Notes under the pieces: generated by a model | The model's database searches: none | Seen by the model: the letters and a program-made list of their open reading frames with translations, nothing else | Told to the model about the DNA's origin: nothing | Translations under genes and position numbers: made by a program | Assembly: GCA_951406725.2 (NCBI GenBank) | Contig: OX597814.1 | Location: forward strand, 201,190,001 to 201,254,000 | Direction of reading: 5' to 3' | Source: Octopus vulgaris | Lineage: Eukaryota | DNA length: 64,000 nt | Shown: positions 35,511 to 48,457 of the stretch, in pieces | How positions within the stretch are numbered: the first letter of the stretch is position 1 | How the letters are laid out: the number at the start of each line of letters is the position of its first letter

Positions 35511-37207
35511 TTTTATTAAATTTGCCATAAAGGCAGTACATAGAGTAAAATAGCTTTGTGGGCTGGACACGGACATTAATGAGATGAATGATAATGATAC
35601 AAAAGGATGATAAGGAAGGGAGAAGACAGAAAGCACCCACCGACCCTCTGCTTCTCTATAACATTGTTCTTTCATAACCATACATTTGAGGTATTAAACA
35701 TCTTACAATTTTTCAATATTTCAACATGCATTGCAGTATTAAACCTCTTATAATTTTTTGATATTTACAATTAATTTGGACTAAAAAGTCCATTACAAAT
35801 AAAAACTATTTAAATGCACACTTGATGCAATAAACCTCTTATACTAAGGCTCCCTTTCACCATCCCCAATTAACTCTCTTGTGGTCTGCAGGCAATCCCG
35901 CACCTGCAAGTCGGGGCCCCAAAAGAGAATTCTGAGATCCTCCTTAACAGAGTCTGTTATATGGACTAATTCCCTTCTTTCCAGTACCAGAGAAGCCACC
36001 TGCGAAGGCCACTCTACTTACCATGCAGCCACACCTGCACCTATGCATGCAAATGTTGATGTGATGTATAAAATATAAATAACAAGATTATGAAATGCTG
36101 TAAACGAATGGAATGAACAGCTATTCTCTCACCCCACTTCTCTAATCTGTCCTCTTATATTTATGTGTAAGTGTGTGAGTGTGTATGTGTGTGTGTGTGT
36201 GTGCATGCATGTGTTTGTGTGCATGTGTGTGTGTCTGTGTGTATCAGAATTTTTAGTGTAATGTATTGACCGTAATACTTATGTTTTTAAAGCCTGGTAC
36301 TTATTCTATTGCTCATTAGTAGAACCGCTAAGCTACAGGGACATAAACACACCAACACTGGTTGTCAAATGGCGGTGGAGTGGACACAGCAACACACACA
36401 CAAATATATATCCATATATATATATATACATATGATGGGCTTCTTCCAGCTTCCATCTACCAAATCTATCCATGAGGCTTTGGTCTGCCCAAGGCAGATC
36501 TAAGACATTTACGCAGGGTCCCGCACAGTAGGACTGAACCCTGAACCATGTGGTTGGGAAGCAAGCTTCTTACCACATAGCCACACACACACATACACAC
36601 ACACACACACACATGCAACCACACAGCCACTCACTCACACACACACGCACACACACACACACATACATGCACACGCACACACACACACACACATACACAC
36701 ACACACACATACCATCTTGTCTCCTTCCATCCCTTCCATTTTCTGTAACCCTCTCTTCATTTTATTTCTCTCAGCTTTTGCACCTTTCTGCTTTTCCTTT
36801 CTATTATTTCTTTCTTGTTTTACTTCCTTTCTTCTTCTTTTTCTTGTTTTCTTCCTATTACCACCAGATTTACCCAGTCAACCAATTTCCTTCATACTTG
36901 TGGCGAAAGAGGTAGAATGGAAGACGAGAGTGAAAGGAAGTGCAACAGGCTTGTTCATCTCCAGTCTTGAGCTAATCAACATTTTCGTTTTCCACATGAA
37001 ACGGAAAATAAGGCTGGTGAAGAAATGCCTGTCGCAAAGTGTGTTTCGTAAAAGATGGAAGTCTATAGCAAGTATGTTGCGAGTGAAAGAACCTGTTTAA
37101 ACGAGAATATAAAAAAGAGAAAGCAAAGTCTTCAGTGTGAGTATGTGGTTTGTGGGGTCGACCGTGTCCTCCGCTTCATTTTTGGTAAATCATTCATTCT
37201 CATTTAA

Positions 37208-37590
37208 TCTTTATATATAAAAGTGAAGTTGTGTGTCTGTCTCCTACGATTTAGATTCCTAACTACTCCCACATTTTGCGGTGCAGTTTAACCAAAACCG
37301 GGTATCTTATAGTCGTGATTCATATCGAGCCCTTCTGGGTATTAGCGCGCGTCTACGATGAGTCTACTATTTAAAAAAATTTTTTCCATTTTAATGCATT
37401 TTTTCGCTATTATATAAGGGAAGTAACTCTCTAAAATGTCTACGATGAGTCAACGATTTAAAAAAAATTTACCATAACTTTTTTTCCATTTTTAATGCAT
37501 TTTTTTGCTATTTTTTGGCTATAACTCTCTAAAAATGCTTATATAGTTATTTCCCTTATAAACCCGAGCAATGCCGGGCGATACTGCTAG
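37208..37590 (+). mobile_element. Non-autonomous Helitron (383 bp)
   Basis: A|TCtttatatataaaag ... cccgagcaatgccgggcgatactgCTAG|T, with no TSD. Confidence 0.9.
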
Positions 37591-38704
37591 TTTAATATAT
37601 TTTAATTATTTATTCATACATTTCGTCTCATTCGATACCCTGACCCCAATGTTTGTTTTGTCTGTCCTCGTATCGTCCCCTCTTTTTCTCAACCTTATAG
37701 TAAATAAAGAAATTCTCTTTCTTCACTCACAGGTTCATACCTCACACCTCCCTCCATCCCTATACACACTTCTGACTTCATCTTCCTCCTACGTGTTTTT
37801 CTTCCAGGCTTCTTTCTCGCTTCAACTGCTTCAACAACCTGATGTCATTTTAACTCTCTCATGATACATTGCTTAAGACCATAATGCATTCTACTTATCT
37901 CCACACATCTTTATATTTATCGTCTCTGTCTGAACACCATTTTGTTATTAGTCCCTTGTGCGCTAAGTTTTATAATCACATCGTATGGCCAGATATACTT
38001 CGTTTCAGCTTATTTTTCTTTTGTAATGTCACTGTTCTTCTCAAAATTTGTTTTATTCTTGCTTTTGGTTTGAAAATACTTTGTTTTCTTCCTTTGTTTT
38101 GTTTTGCGTTTTATCATAATCATCTCAGCAAACTCGTCTTTTTCTTGTTTCTTAGTTTTCGAGTGTGTGTGTCTGTTTCTTTACAACCAGTTCTAGGTAC
38201 TGTTGGAATAAATAGTAATATTTTAGGTGTCGAAATTGTAATGATTTTGGATTGACAACTGATGAAGCAATCAGGTTTGTACATGTCTGTTTGAGCAGCT
38301 TTTAAGCTTTTCTTGAAAATTTCATATTTGCCTATCTGTGTTACATAAGATAGAATGTGTGTGTATGTGTTATAATACACACACACACACACACACACAC
38401 ATACACATTCCACCAGTGAAGATCCTGTCACCTTGGATCTGGTTTCACTATTTAAGCATTTCACCTGCTTTGAGCCTTTTATCCCCTTTTTTAAGCAGTG
38501 TTTCCAATGCTTGTTATAAACATATATGAGTGCGTACATGTGTGTATATATATGTGTGTGTGTGTGTGTGTGTGCAAATGTGTTAATGTACAAATATATA
38601 TGTTTATACACACACACACATATATATATATACACAAATATATGTATATATAAATATATATATGTGTATATACATATCATAGAAGCATACACACACACAC
38701 ATTT

Positions 38705-39140
38705 GCACATGGCTGTGTGGTAAGTACCTTACTTACCAACCACATGGTTTCGGGTTCAGTCCCACTGCGTGGCACCTTGGGTAAGTGCCTTCTACTATAG
38801 CTTCAGGCCGACCAAAGCCTTGTGAGTGGATTTGGTAGGCGGAAAGTAAAAGAAGCCCATCGTTTATATATATATATATATGTGTGTGTATGTGTGTGTG
38901 TGTTTGTGTGTCTGTGTTTTTCCCTCCAACAACGCTTGACAACCGATCTTGGTGTGTTTATATCCTCGTAACTTAGTGGTTCGGCAAAATAGACCGATAG
39001 AATAAGTACTAGGCTTACAAAGAATAAGTCCTGGGGTTGATTTGTTTGACTAAAGGTGGTGCTCCAGCATGGCCACAGCCAAATGACTGAAACAAATAAA
39101 AGAACAAAAGAAAATAAAAGAATAAAAGAATAAAAGAATC
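38705..39140 (+). mobile_element. SINE family A, full-length
   Basis: Head, CORE, microsatellite and a (taaaagaa)n tail. Confidence 0.85.
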
Positions 39141-39585
39141 CGTGGCTTTTGCCGATTGCCAGAGATTGCTACATAAAATTCTTACGGCCAAATATTTTGG
39201 CACCGTGTTTGATTCCACTCCAGATCAAGCACATCGGAAGTAAATGACCCAAACATTTCTTTCTATTGATATTGATTTTAAAGAGAAAACAAATAAATGT
39301 TTGTTTGTTTTTTTTTTGTTATATACATAAACGATTCTTCTTTTGGATTTATCCAATTAAAACTAAAGGATGGTGAAAACGTTGTGGAAGTAATTTTAGA
39401 AAAACTTGTAAAAGACGAAATGTCATTATAAGATTTTTCGATTTCAGTGTTATATAACAATGCTGCGGCTATAACAAACGTAATGTTCAAGAATGGATTA
39501 ATAGAAAACAATTACGAAACTATTTTGGTAAAGTGCAATAATCGTTCTCTTGAGCTGGCTGGAGAATCTGTTGCTAACAGTGATG
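39141..39585 (+). pseudogene. hAT transposase remnant
   Basis: AKYFGTVFDSTPDQAHRK*MTQ, SFGFIQL, ILEKLVKD, NNAAA and ILVKCNNRSLELAG. These match hAT motifs KY.S..FD.TPD.SH.EQ, Q.YDNAA.M and F..C.NHSLNL. Confidence 0.8.
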
Positions 39586-40099
39586 TATTCTTTTGTATCA
39601 TTTAAGGCGGCGAGCTGGCAGAAACGTTAGCACGCCGGGCGAAATGCTTAGCAGTATTTCGTCTGCCGTTACGTTCTGAGTTCAATTCCGCCAAGGTCAA
39701 CTTTGCCTAGCATCTGCCACGTTTGGACAGATGTGGCACCGGCACAGGTATCTTTTACGTTTTATGACTAGTATTCTGTCAGTCTCTTTTGCTGAACCGT
39801 TAAGTCATTAAGTTATGGAGACATAAACACAACAATACCAGTTGTGAACCAGTGGAGAGGAAGACATACACACACACTCAAAATAGGCTTCTTTCTGTTT
39901 TCATCTACCACATCTACTGAAGACCTTTGGTCGGCCTGAGGCTATAGTAGAAGACACTTGCCCAAGGTGCCATGGTGCCATGTGGTTGGGAAGCAAGCTT
40001 CTTTATTTCAATATTTTTGCCATGACGGCATTACATAGAGGGGACACTACAACACATGTGGGGACATATAACAATTAAAAATATATAAAAATAAAATAT

Positions 40100-40125
40100 A
40101 TGATAATAATAATAAGAATAATAAC

Positions 40126-40187
<62 letters not shown>

Positions 40188-40333
40188 CATCGAAAATTAC
40201 TTTAGGAATGAGAACCCACATTCGAAATTTCCCCAAGACACCTGATGAAGGCTGGAGTGTATATCAGCCGAAATGTTGTGTTAACAACAAACAAGATGAA
40301 GCCAAATATCCATCAAATGAAAATAATGTAAAT
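40100..40333 (+). mobile_element. Family E SINE tail, head absent; HHR motif at 40237-40282
   Basis: gacac-CTGATGA-a-ggctg..cagcc-GAAA-tg-TT-gtgtt. Confidence 0.8.
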
Positions 40334-40655
40334 CATCATCATCATCATCATCATTATCATCATCATCATCGTTTAACATCTGTTTTCCATGCAGGCATGG
40401 GTTGGATGGTTCGACTGGGGTCTAGGAAGCCAAGAGGCTGCACTAGGCTCCAGTCCAATCTGGCAGTGTTTCTACAGCTGGATGCCCTTCCTAATGCCAA
40501 CCACTCCGAGAGTGTAGTGGGTGCTTTTTACATGCCACTTGCACAGGGGCCAGAGGAGGCTGGCATCGACCACGATCAAATGGTGCTTTTTACATGCCAC
40601 TGGTGCAGGGGCCAGAGGGGCTGGCATTGACCACGATCGGATGATGCTTTTTATT
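40333..40655 (-). mobile_element. RTE-type 3'UTR fragment
   Basis: (cat)n-cgtttaacatc..ggatgcccttcctaatgccaaccactcc, plus modules. Confidence 0.75.
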
Positions 40656-41379
40656 TTAAATATAGAACTGTAATATTGGTTTTTATTGGTATTTCATCTG
40701 TCTTTAAATTATGAGTTCAAATTCCGCCAAGGTCGACTTACTCTCTCATCCTTTCGGGGTCGATAAATTAAGTACCAGTCATATACTGGGGTTGATCTAA
40801 TTGACTGACCCCCTCCACAAAAACTTTGGGCCTTGTGCCTAGAGTAGAAAAGGCATATGAGTTTTTCCTTGGGTGCAATGCACCCTACTTTCACCTCTAA
40901 GTGCTTCTTGAGTTTATTTTCATTTTTCAAAATCTTGTTTCAAAAAATTTATAAAAATATTCCAGTCTGTGTTAAGGATATTCACAGTAAAAGCAAACCC
41001 AGGGGACTAAATACTTAACTGATCACTACTAGATAGGCTGCTTTCTGCAATAATGTTTTCCAGCTTTTCATTAAAAAAAAATAAGGCCTATCTCATTGTG
41101 GTAAATAATTTATTTACTCCTCATGATTTAAAAAAAAATTTGTTGTTACGGCTATGCTGGAGCATCATATCTCATGTCGTTCCTTCTGTTATGACATATT
41201 TATTGAAGTTAGTGCATTGTGTTGTTTGTTTGTAGACCCATAGATAAATGTTCGTATGCACTCATATGTTTCCCTTTTCCGTCAGTTTATCATCAATATC
41301 ATCATCTTCATCATAATCATCATTCTCATCATATTCGTTATCATCGTCATAGTCATCATCACCATTCTCATCATTCTCA

Positions 41380-42160
41380 TCATCATCATCATCATCATCA
41401 TTTAACAGCGATTGTCCAGGCTGGTGTGGGTTGGACAGTTTGACAGGAACAGGCAAAGTCGGGAGCTACATCAAGTTTCATTCTCTCTCTTGCTTTAGTT
41501 TCTACAGTTGGATGTCCTTCCTAATGCCAACCACTTTCCAGAGGGTACCGCGTGCTTTTCACATAGCACCAGCACCAGTGCTTTATATGCAGCACCATCA
41601 GCAGTGCTTTTTACGAAGCACCATCAGCAATACTTTTTACAAAGCACCATAAGCAGTCCTTTATTTGTGGCACCATCAGCAGTGCTTTTAAGAAGCACCT
41701 TCACCAGTGCTTTTTACATGGCACCATCACCAGTGCTTTATATGTGACACCAGCACCTGTGCATTTCATGATGTACCATCAGCACTGCTTTTTACGTGGC
41801 ACCATCACAAATGCTTTTTACAAAGCACCAACACCAGTGCTTTTTTCAAAACACCATTGGCATCGCCAGTGCTTTTTATGAAGCAACATCAACAGTGCTT
41901 TTTACGAAGTACCATCATCATTATTATCATCATCATTGTTTAACGTCTGCTTTCCATGATAGCATTGGTTGGACTATCAGCAATGCATTTTATGTTGCAC
42001 CATCGACAGTGCTTTTTATATGACAGTTACCAATGCTTTTTATAAAGCACTACCACCAGTGCTTTTTACGAAGCACAATCACCCGTGCTTTTTATGTGGC
42101 ATGATCACCAGTGCTTTTAACGAAACACCATTAGCAGTGCTTTTTATGTGGCACCATTTT
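41380..42160 (-). repeat. RTE-type 3'UTR variants with a short (~28-bp) tandem module
   Basis: Repeated cagtgctttttac..agcaccatca units in two runs, each following a (cat)n-tttaac end. Confidence 0.7.
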
Positions 42161-42770
42161 GATATCGTCACTATTCAAAAAGACGATACGATGTTCTGAT
42201 GGACAATGTTCTATCGTTCCCAGTATTACTTGTAGATAATAAAGATTTCTCTTTGAACATTATTTTCTTTCAAGAGAATCTTTATAATTTATTACGTTAT
42301 ATTTTGTACTTTTTGTGTAGTTCCTTAGGTCCTCGATTATATATTATTCAGCTCCTAAATAACTTACATTTTCCCACTTCAACACAGCATCTCTTATCAC
42401 AATGTGATGATCTACAATAATCTCTGTTTTACCTTTTTTTAATAAGACCTCAATAGTTTGCCATTGTTTGCTTGCTAATTTCTAAAATGTACTGAAATGA
42501 ATGATTAAACATAAGAATATTCAGCAAGTTTTTCTGGTTTTTGTTTTTGTTTTTTTTTGTTTATTTTGATACTGTTACGCACTTCATGGAAGAAGCATGG
42601 CTGGAAGTAAGAAGCTTGCACCCCAACCACATGGATCTGGGTTCAGTCCCACTGTGTGACACTTTAGATAAGTGTCTTCCACTGTAGCTTCAGGCCAACC
42701 AAAGCCTTGTAAGTATATTTGGTAGACAGAAACTGAAAGAAGCCTGTTGTATATACATACATACATAAAT

Positions 42771-42817
<47 letters not shown>

Positions 42818-42818
<1 letters not shown>

Positions 42819-42889
42819 CAACTACAAATAAGGGTATCTGAAAGACACCGGCATGCTGGTGTCTCTCAGACACCCTTATTTATAGTTGT
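42818..42889. repeat. 72-bp spacerless palindrome
   Basis: 36-bp arms with 4 mismatches, centred on gca|tgc. Confidence 0.9.
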
Positions 42890-42974
42890 AAAAAATTATT
42901 ACCTTTGTATGGTATATATTCCCATGCTGGCCACTTGATATTATCAATATTTAAATATCGATATTATCCTTATT

Positions 42975-43037
<63 letters not shown>

Positions 43038-43950
43038 TTATTTATATATATATATTTATATTTAAGATCTTCAAATTGTAAATTTTAATATTGTATAAGT
43101 CTTTGGTGTAATAATATTTTCCTTATTTAAATATCGTTGTTTATGTAATGATCTAATTATCGTAATTTTCAATATTATTAGATATTAAATTTAAGTTTAT
43201 TCGTAAGATACTACTTAGCGATAGATTTGTTATTTGATAGCAAGCATACGAGGTGTATTAAGTTAGGCTTTTGTATATACATGTTTTAATAGTATTAATT
43301 GTAGTTTTAAATTTATAATTAAATTAGATAAACTTTGATAAACTTAGATATGTTTCGACTAAAGATTGGTCCAGGCCATGTCTAATTTAATAGCATAACT
43401 TAGTTATTTCTTTAAATTGATATTCGCTAGTTATTCCCATTGATAATTATATTTATAGTATTTATAGTATTTATTCGATACTATATTACTACGAATTGAT
43501 TATTTCTATAAGTATTTTACATAAGATTTCCGAAAGTTCGTTTAAGTTTGTTTATTTGTATTTTGAAATTAGCTATTTCATCTTTCAATATGAAAACTTA
43601 ATTTATTAGGTTTTTATTATATGTGAATATATATTTATTTATAGAGATTATTTTAGATCTTAATATTTATATACATTTATATATTTTCATTGATAATTTA
43701 TATATATTAGTCATTTTTAAATATTTATGTAATTAGATATAGACTAATACCGATATTAGATTATTGGTGGGTTTCCTACCTTATAAATTAATATTAATAT
43801 TTAACATTATAGTCGACTTTGATATAATCATAATTGTTAAGTTTTATGTTTCTAGTTTGATAATAGAGTTTGTTATAAGTAAAATTATTATATTATTTAT
43901 ATTTTAAAAATATTGTTTAAATATTTCTGATTATATTTTAGATATTTCAA

Positions 43951-44023
43951 TTAACCTGAAGATTGACTGTAACCATAACTCGAATTATTACGAATTGTAC
44001 AGCCATGAGACGATCGTAGTGTT
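43951..44023 (+). ncRNA. Decayed type I hammerhead in a PLE-like remnant (~43035-44170)
   Basis: CTGAAGA-ttgactgta..tacagccat-GAGAC-gatc-GTA. The GAAA box is mutated, and stem III is the palindrome ACGATCGT. Confidence 0.55.
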
Positions 44024-44252
44024 TTACTCTTTATCTTTTATTAAACTTTTAATACTTTTGATATATATTTAAAATAATATAAATTAATTAATTTTATGTA
44101 TTGGCTTATGTTTTTCATTGTTTGATTTGCCCAATAGTGGTTTTATCTCTAATTTAATATAATATTATATAATATATTTATACTATAAAATTGGATTTAA
44201 TCCTAAATCTGATTTTTCCCTGTAAGTTTGGATTTATTCCCTAATATTTTAT

Positions 44253-44326
<74 letters not shown>

Positions 44327-44482
44327 CGTTCGTAATACTTTTTTCCGTTCGGCTTAACAGCCCTTCTTGTCTTGTTATTTTCCTTGTCCTGTCTTTTACT
44401 GTTTATATTTTGTACTGTCGTTACTGTCCTGTTTTTGTTACCATTTTTACCCCTCCGCAAAAAGATCTCAAATTTTATTGTA

Positions 44483-44564
44483 TTTGCTTTTCGCAGGAAG
44501 GAAAGTTTCTTCGAAATGTAGAGTAGATGAAACCATGGCGACTGAAGAAGGGTTTTTTTTCCTT
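44483..44564 (+). ncRNA. Candidate non-circularly permuted hammerhead ribozyme (family F)
   Basis: tttgctTT-tcgc-agg-aaggaaag.tttc.ttc-GAAA-tgtaga-(15 nt)-gcga-CTGAAGA-a-ggg.tttt.ttttcctt. Confidence 0.55.
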
Positions 44565-44806
44565 GTGTTATTTGTCCTGTACTCTATTTTTTTGTTGTTT
44601 AAGAAAAATGTCCAGTTTGTGTCTGTGTTTTCGTTTCTCATTGTGTTCGACGTTTTTTTGGTGTCCTGTACTCATATATGCGTGTATATATACATGTAGA
44701 GGTAGGTACGTACATATATGTATATATATATATATATGCATATGTTTTATTTATTAATATATTATATGACGGAACGCACACATCCCTTTCTAAGTAAGAT
44801 TGCTCT

Positions 44807-44869
<63 letters not shown>

Positions 44870-45214
44870 CATATATATATATACATATATCTCTGTGTTT
44901 GTTTGTCCCCCGCCACTGCCTGACAACTGGTGTTGGTGTGTTTCGATCCTTGTAGCATAACAGTTCAACATGAGACCAGTAAATTAAGCACCTGGCTTTA
45001 AAAAATTATTTCTGGGGTCAGTTCTGGGATCATTTTGGGAGTCAGTTTTGGGGTCAATTCTGGGGTTAATTCATTTGACTGAAATTCTTCAAGGCAGTGT
45101 GCTCCAGTATGGCCATGGTCTAATGACTGAAACAAGTAAAAGAGGAAAAAAACCCAAATATTTTGGTCGAAAACAGTGATTTTCCACCGGATTTATATTG
45201 TGGCATGTTTCTTC

Positions 45215-46000
45215 TGTTTTATTCTTTTATTCCTTTGATTGGTTTGGTCATTTGACTGCGTCCATGCTGGAGCACCACCTTTAGTCGATCAAATTGACCC
45301 CAGGACTTATTCTTTGTAAGCCTGGTACTTATTCTATCGGTCTCTTTTGCCAAACCGCTAAGTTGTGGGGACACAAACACACCAACATTGGTTGTCAAGT
45401 GATAGTGGTGGGGACAAATACAGACACATAAACACATACACATACACACACTCACATACACACACACGCACACACACCCACAACCACATACACACACACA
45501 CAAATATGGCACGTAAAAAGCACCATACGAATGAGGCCAATGCCAGCGCGGCCTTGACTGGCCTCTGTGCCAGTGACATGTAAAAAGCACCAACCAATCG
45601 TGACCGTTTCCAGCCTCCTCTGGCCCCTGTGCCAGTGGCACGTAAAAAGCACCCACTACACTCACGAAGTGGTTGGCAGTTGGAAGGGCATGAAGCTGTA
45701 GAGACACTGCCAGATCAGATTGGGGCCTAGTGCAGCCTCCTGGCTTCCTAGATCCCAGTCGAACCGTCCGACCCATGCCTGCATGGAAAACGGACGTTAA
45801 ACGATGATGATGATGATGATGATGATATATACATATATACGACGGGCTTCTTTCAGTTTCCATCTACCAAATCCATTCACAAGGCTTTGGTCGCCCTGAG
45901 ACTATAGTAGAAGACACTTGCCCAAGGTGTCACACAGTGGGACTGTACCCAGAACCAAATGGTTAGTAAGCAAGCTACTTACCACACAGCCACTCCTGCA
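45215..46000 (-). mobile_element. SINE family A with a nested RTE 3'UTR (45505-45825 plus)
   Basis: Family A halves at ~45215-45500 and ~45838-46000. Confidence 0.75.
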
Positions 46001-48457
46001 CCTGTTGCAGAAGATTCTCATGAAATGCCATGATATTCAGGATATTTTTTCAAAGTTCTCTTCAAAGACTAAGCATGTTATTTTGTTATTAGTTTCGAAA
46101 TATGTTTAATGAATTTGTTACTAATTGTAATCTTTTATCTTTTATCTTTTACTTGTTTCGCTCATGAGACTGTGGCCATGCTGGGGCACCACATTGATGA
46201 ATTTTTAGTCAAAGGAATTGACCTGCCTCACTTATATTTGTTTAAGCCTCGTACTTACTCTGTTGGTTTGTTTTGCCAAACTGCTAAGTTACAAGGATGT
46301 AAACACACCAACACCGGTTGATAAGCATTGATGAGGGACAAACATAGACACAGAGACACACACTGTGTGCATACATCAATGACTGATGCATCTGGACACA
46401 TCTTCAGTGATGTGCTTGGTGTCATCAGGGGGTGTTGGTGTTAGGAAGGGCATCCAGCTGTAGAAACCATGCCAAATCGGACTGGAGTCTGGTGCAGCTC
46501 TTCCAGCTTACCAGCCCTGGTCAAACCGTCCAACTCATGCCAGCATGGACAACGGATGTTAAATGATGAAAATGATAATGATGATGATGATGATAATGAC
46601 GATGACAATGATAATAATGATGGTGACGACAACGATGGCAACGATGATGATGATGATGTCGATGATGACGACGACGACGATGATGACAATGATGATGACG
46701 ATGATGAGGATGATGATGATGACGACAATGATGATGATTATGATGAGAACAAAGGTTTATAATTCAACCTTGGCTAAGACTGGATATGCTGATGACATGG
46801 TGCTGGCCGCTATAGTCAATTGATAGATAAAACTGGATTCCAGTTTTGTAATCTCAGAATTAATTGTTTTTTTTATATGAAAATAGCTAAAAGATGCTTA
46901 TTAACGTTTGACATTGTAATTGTAAAATATGGTCAATGAACTAAATATTAGTAAGGAATATTACAATTTATAAGCTTGGTCCTCATCCACAATAAGTTAT
47001 ATAATTCTATTTGCAATGACTATTAAACAAGCATGAGTAAACGAAATGAATATGAGCTGAAAAGATATGCAATGTATCAAACCATTATTTATAACTATAT
47101 GTTATAAACAATGTAAAAAACAACAACACCAGCTCTGTAAATTCTAATTATTAACAATTAATTTAACCATAAATGAACTTTCAAAGAAATTTCTCCTGTA
47201 CTTAAGAGCAATTTCTATATAAGACCAAGATTATTTTAGCCATAATAATTCTCTTTTCTGACACATTTGTTTATTTTTTCCCCATATTTTCACATCAAAT
47301 ACATTGACATGTAGCAAGATAAAAGAAACAAACAAACTTTAAATGCTTTTGATCTGCTTTCCAAAAGAATTTTATTTCTGCAACAGAATGCTAATTTCTC
47401 TTACAAGAGAACATTCTCTGCCAATACTTTATCAAATGCTTTGAACTATTTCTGACTTTAAAAACAGAAAAAAATATAAAGAAAAGTAAAATGATTTACA
47501 TTAATTTGTCTATAAAGCAGAGCAGAATTTTCTAAAACTGAAATAATTTATCTGCTCTACTTTGTGCTACCAAACCAGTATTTTGACATGATTCTTAGAC
47601 TTCCATATTAGTTCAGCAATTGTAAGCATCAAATTTGTTCTCATTCCATCATTACTACTAGCATCCTCATTTAAAAAAGAAAAAAAAAATGGTATCAATT
47701 TTCAGAATATTTAATACTGAGTCTGTAGAAGCAATGTGGAAAAAAAACCCCATCTCTTATGACCTCTGACTAGCTGTAATAACAGTTGTCTTAATATTTA
47801 TGCTAGTCAAACAAAGTGGACAGATTTTTAATTAATAGATTAAATATTCTTCTAATTTACTCAACAACTCAATCAAATAACAATAAATTAAAATAAACTA
47901 AATTATTTTTTAAAAATTGTATTTGTATTCTTAAATAAACTCTTCGATTTTTTTCCTTCACTGTTTCTTTTTTTCATTCATGATTTTATTTGCTATTTAA
48001 GATTATTCTGCAAAATATTCTACATAATTTTTTTATAGCAATTAACTAGTAAATTGGATTTTAATTAATAGAATAAAAAATTAGGGCAACTTTATTGAAA
48101 ATTAAACTACTTTCTTTCCATAACTTCTTTAAGTACAAAATTCTATTTTCATCAATTTAAATGACTGCAAACATCAATCTAAATGTTTTTGAATTAGACA
48201 TCTCATCATTAAAATGTAATACATGTCTTCCATTAGATGCTTACATATAAAAGCTTTCAAATTAATTACTTTAAATATTAAGAAAAATTTATGCTAAAAA
48301 TCATTTGTGTCATTAATCATAATTTGCAGTATCAAGTGATAGACTCTACATATTCACTTGCTTTATAATTTACAGAGTGGTAAAAGACACTGTAGGAAAT
48401 TACTTGTGATATTATATTATATGATATGATTTATATCATGATATAATCTATAATTTC

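Larger units (their letters stand above)
42590..45150 (+). mobile_element. SINE family A split by ~2.1 kb of nested PLE-like inserts (5' part 42590-42755, 3' part 44890-45150)
   Basis: Colinear SINE halves, with the inserts bounded by (TA)n. Confidence 0.65.

Noticed and set aside
36880-37160. Unique purine-rich stretch ending near gtgagt (possible exon and donor)
   Set aside because: No recognisable protein or promoter evidence; the ORFs begin in low-complexity sequence.
45010-45071. 12-bp tandem with five G-runs (possible G-quadruplex)
   Set aside because: Local slippage of a SINE motif (ctggggtcaatt) with long loops and no evidence of function.
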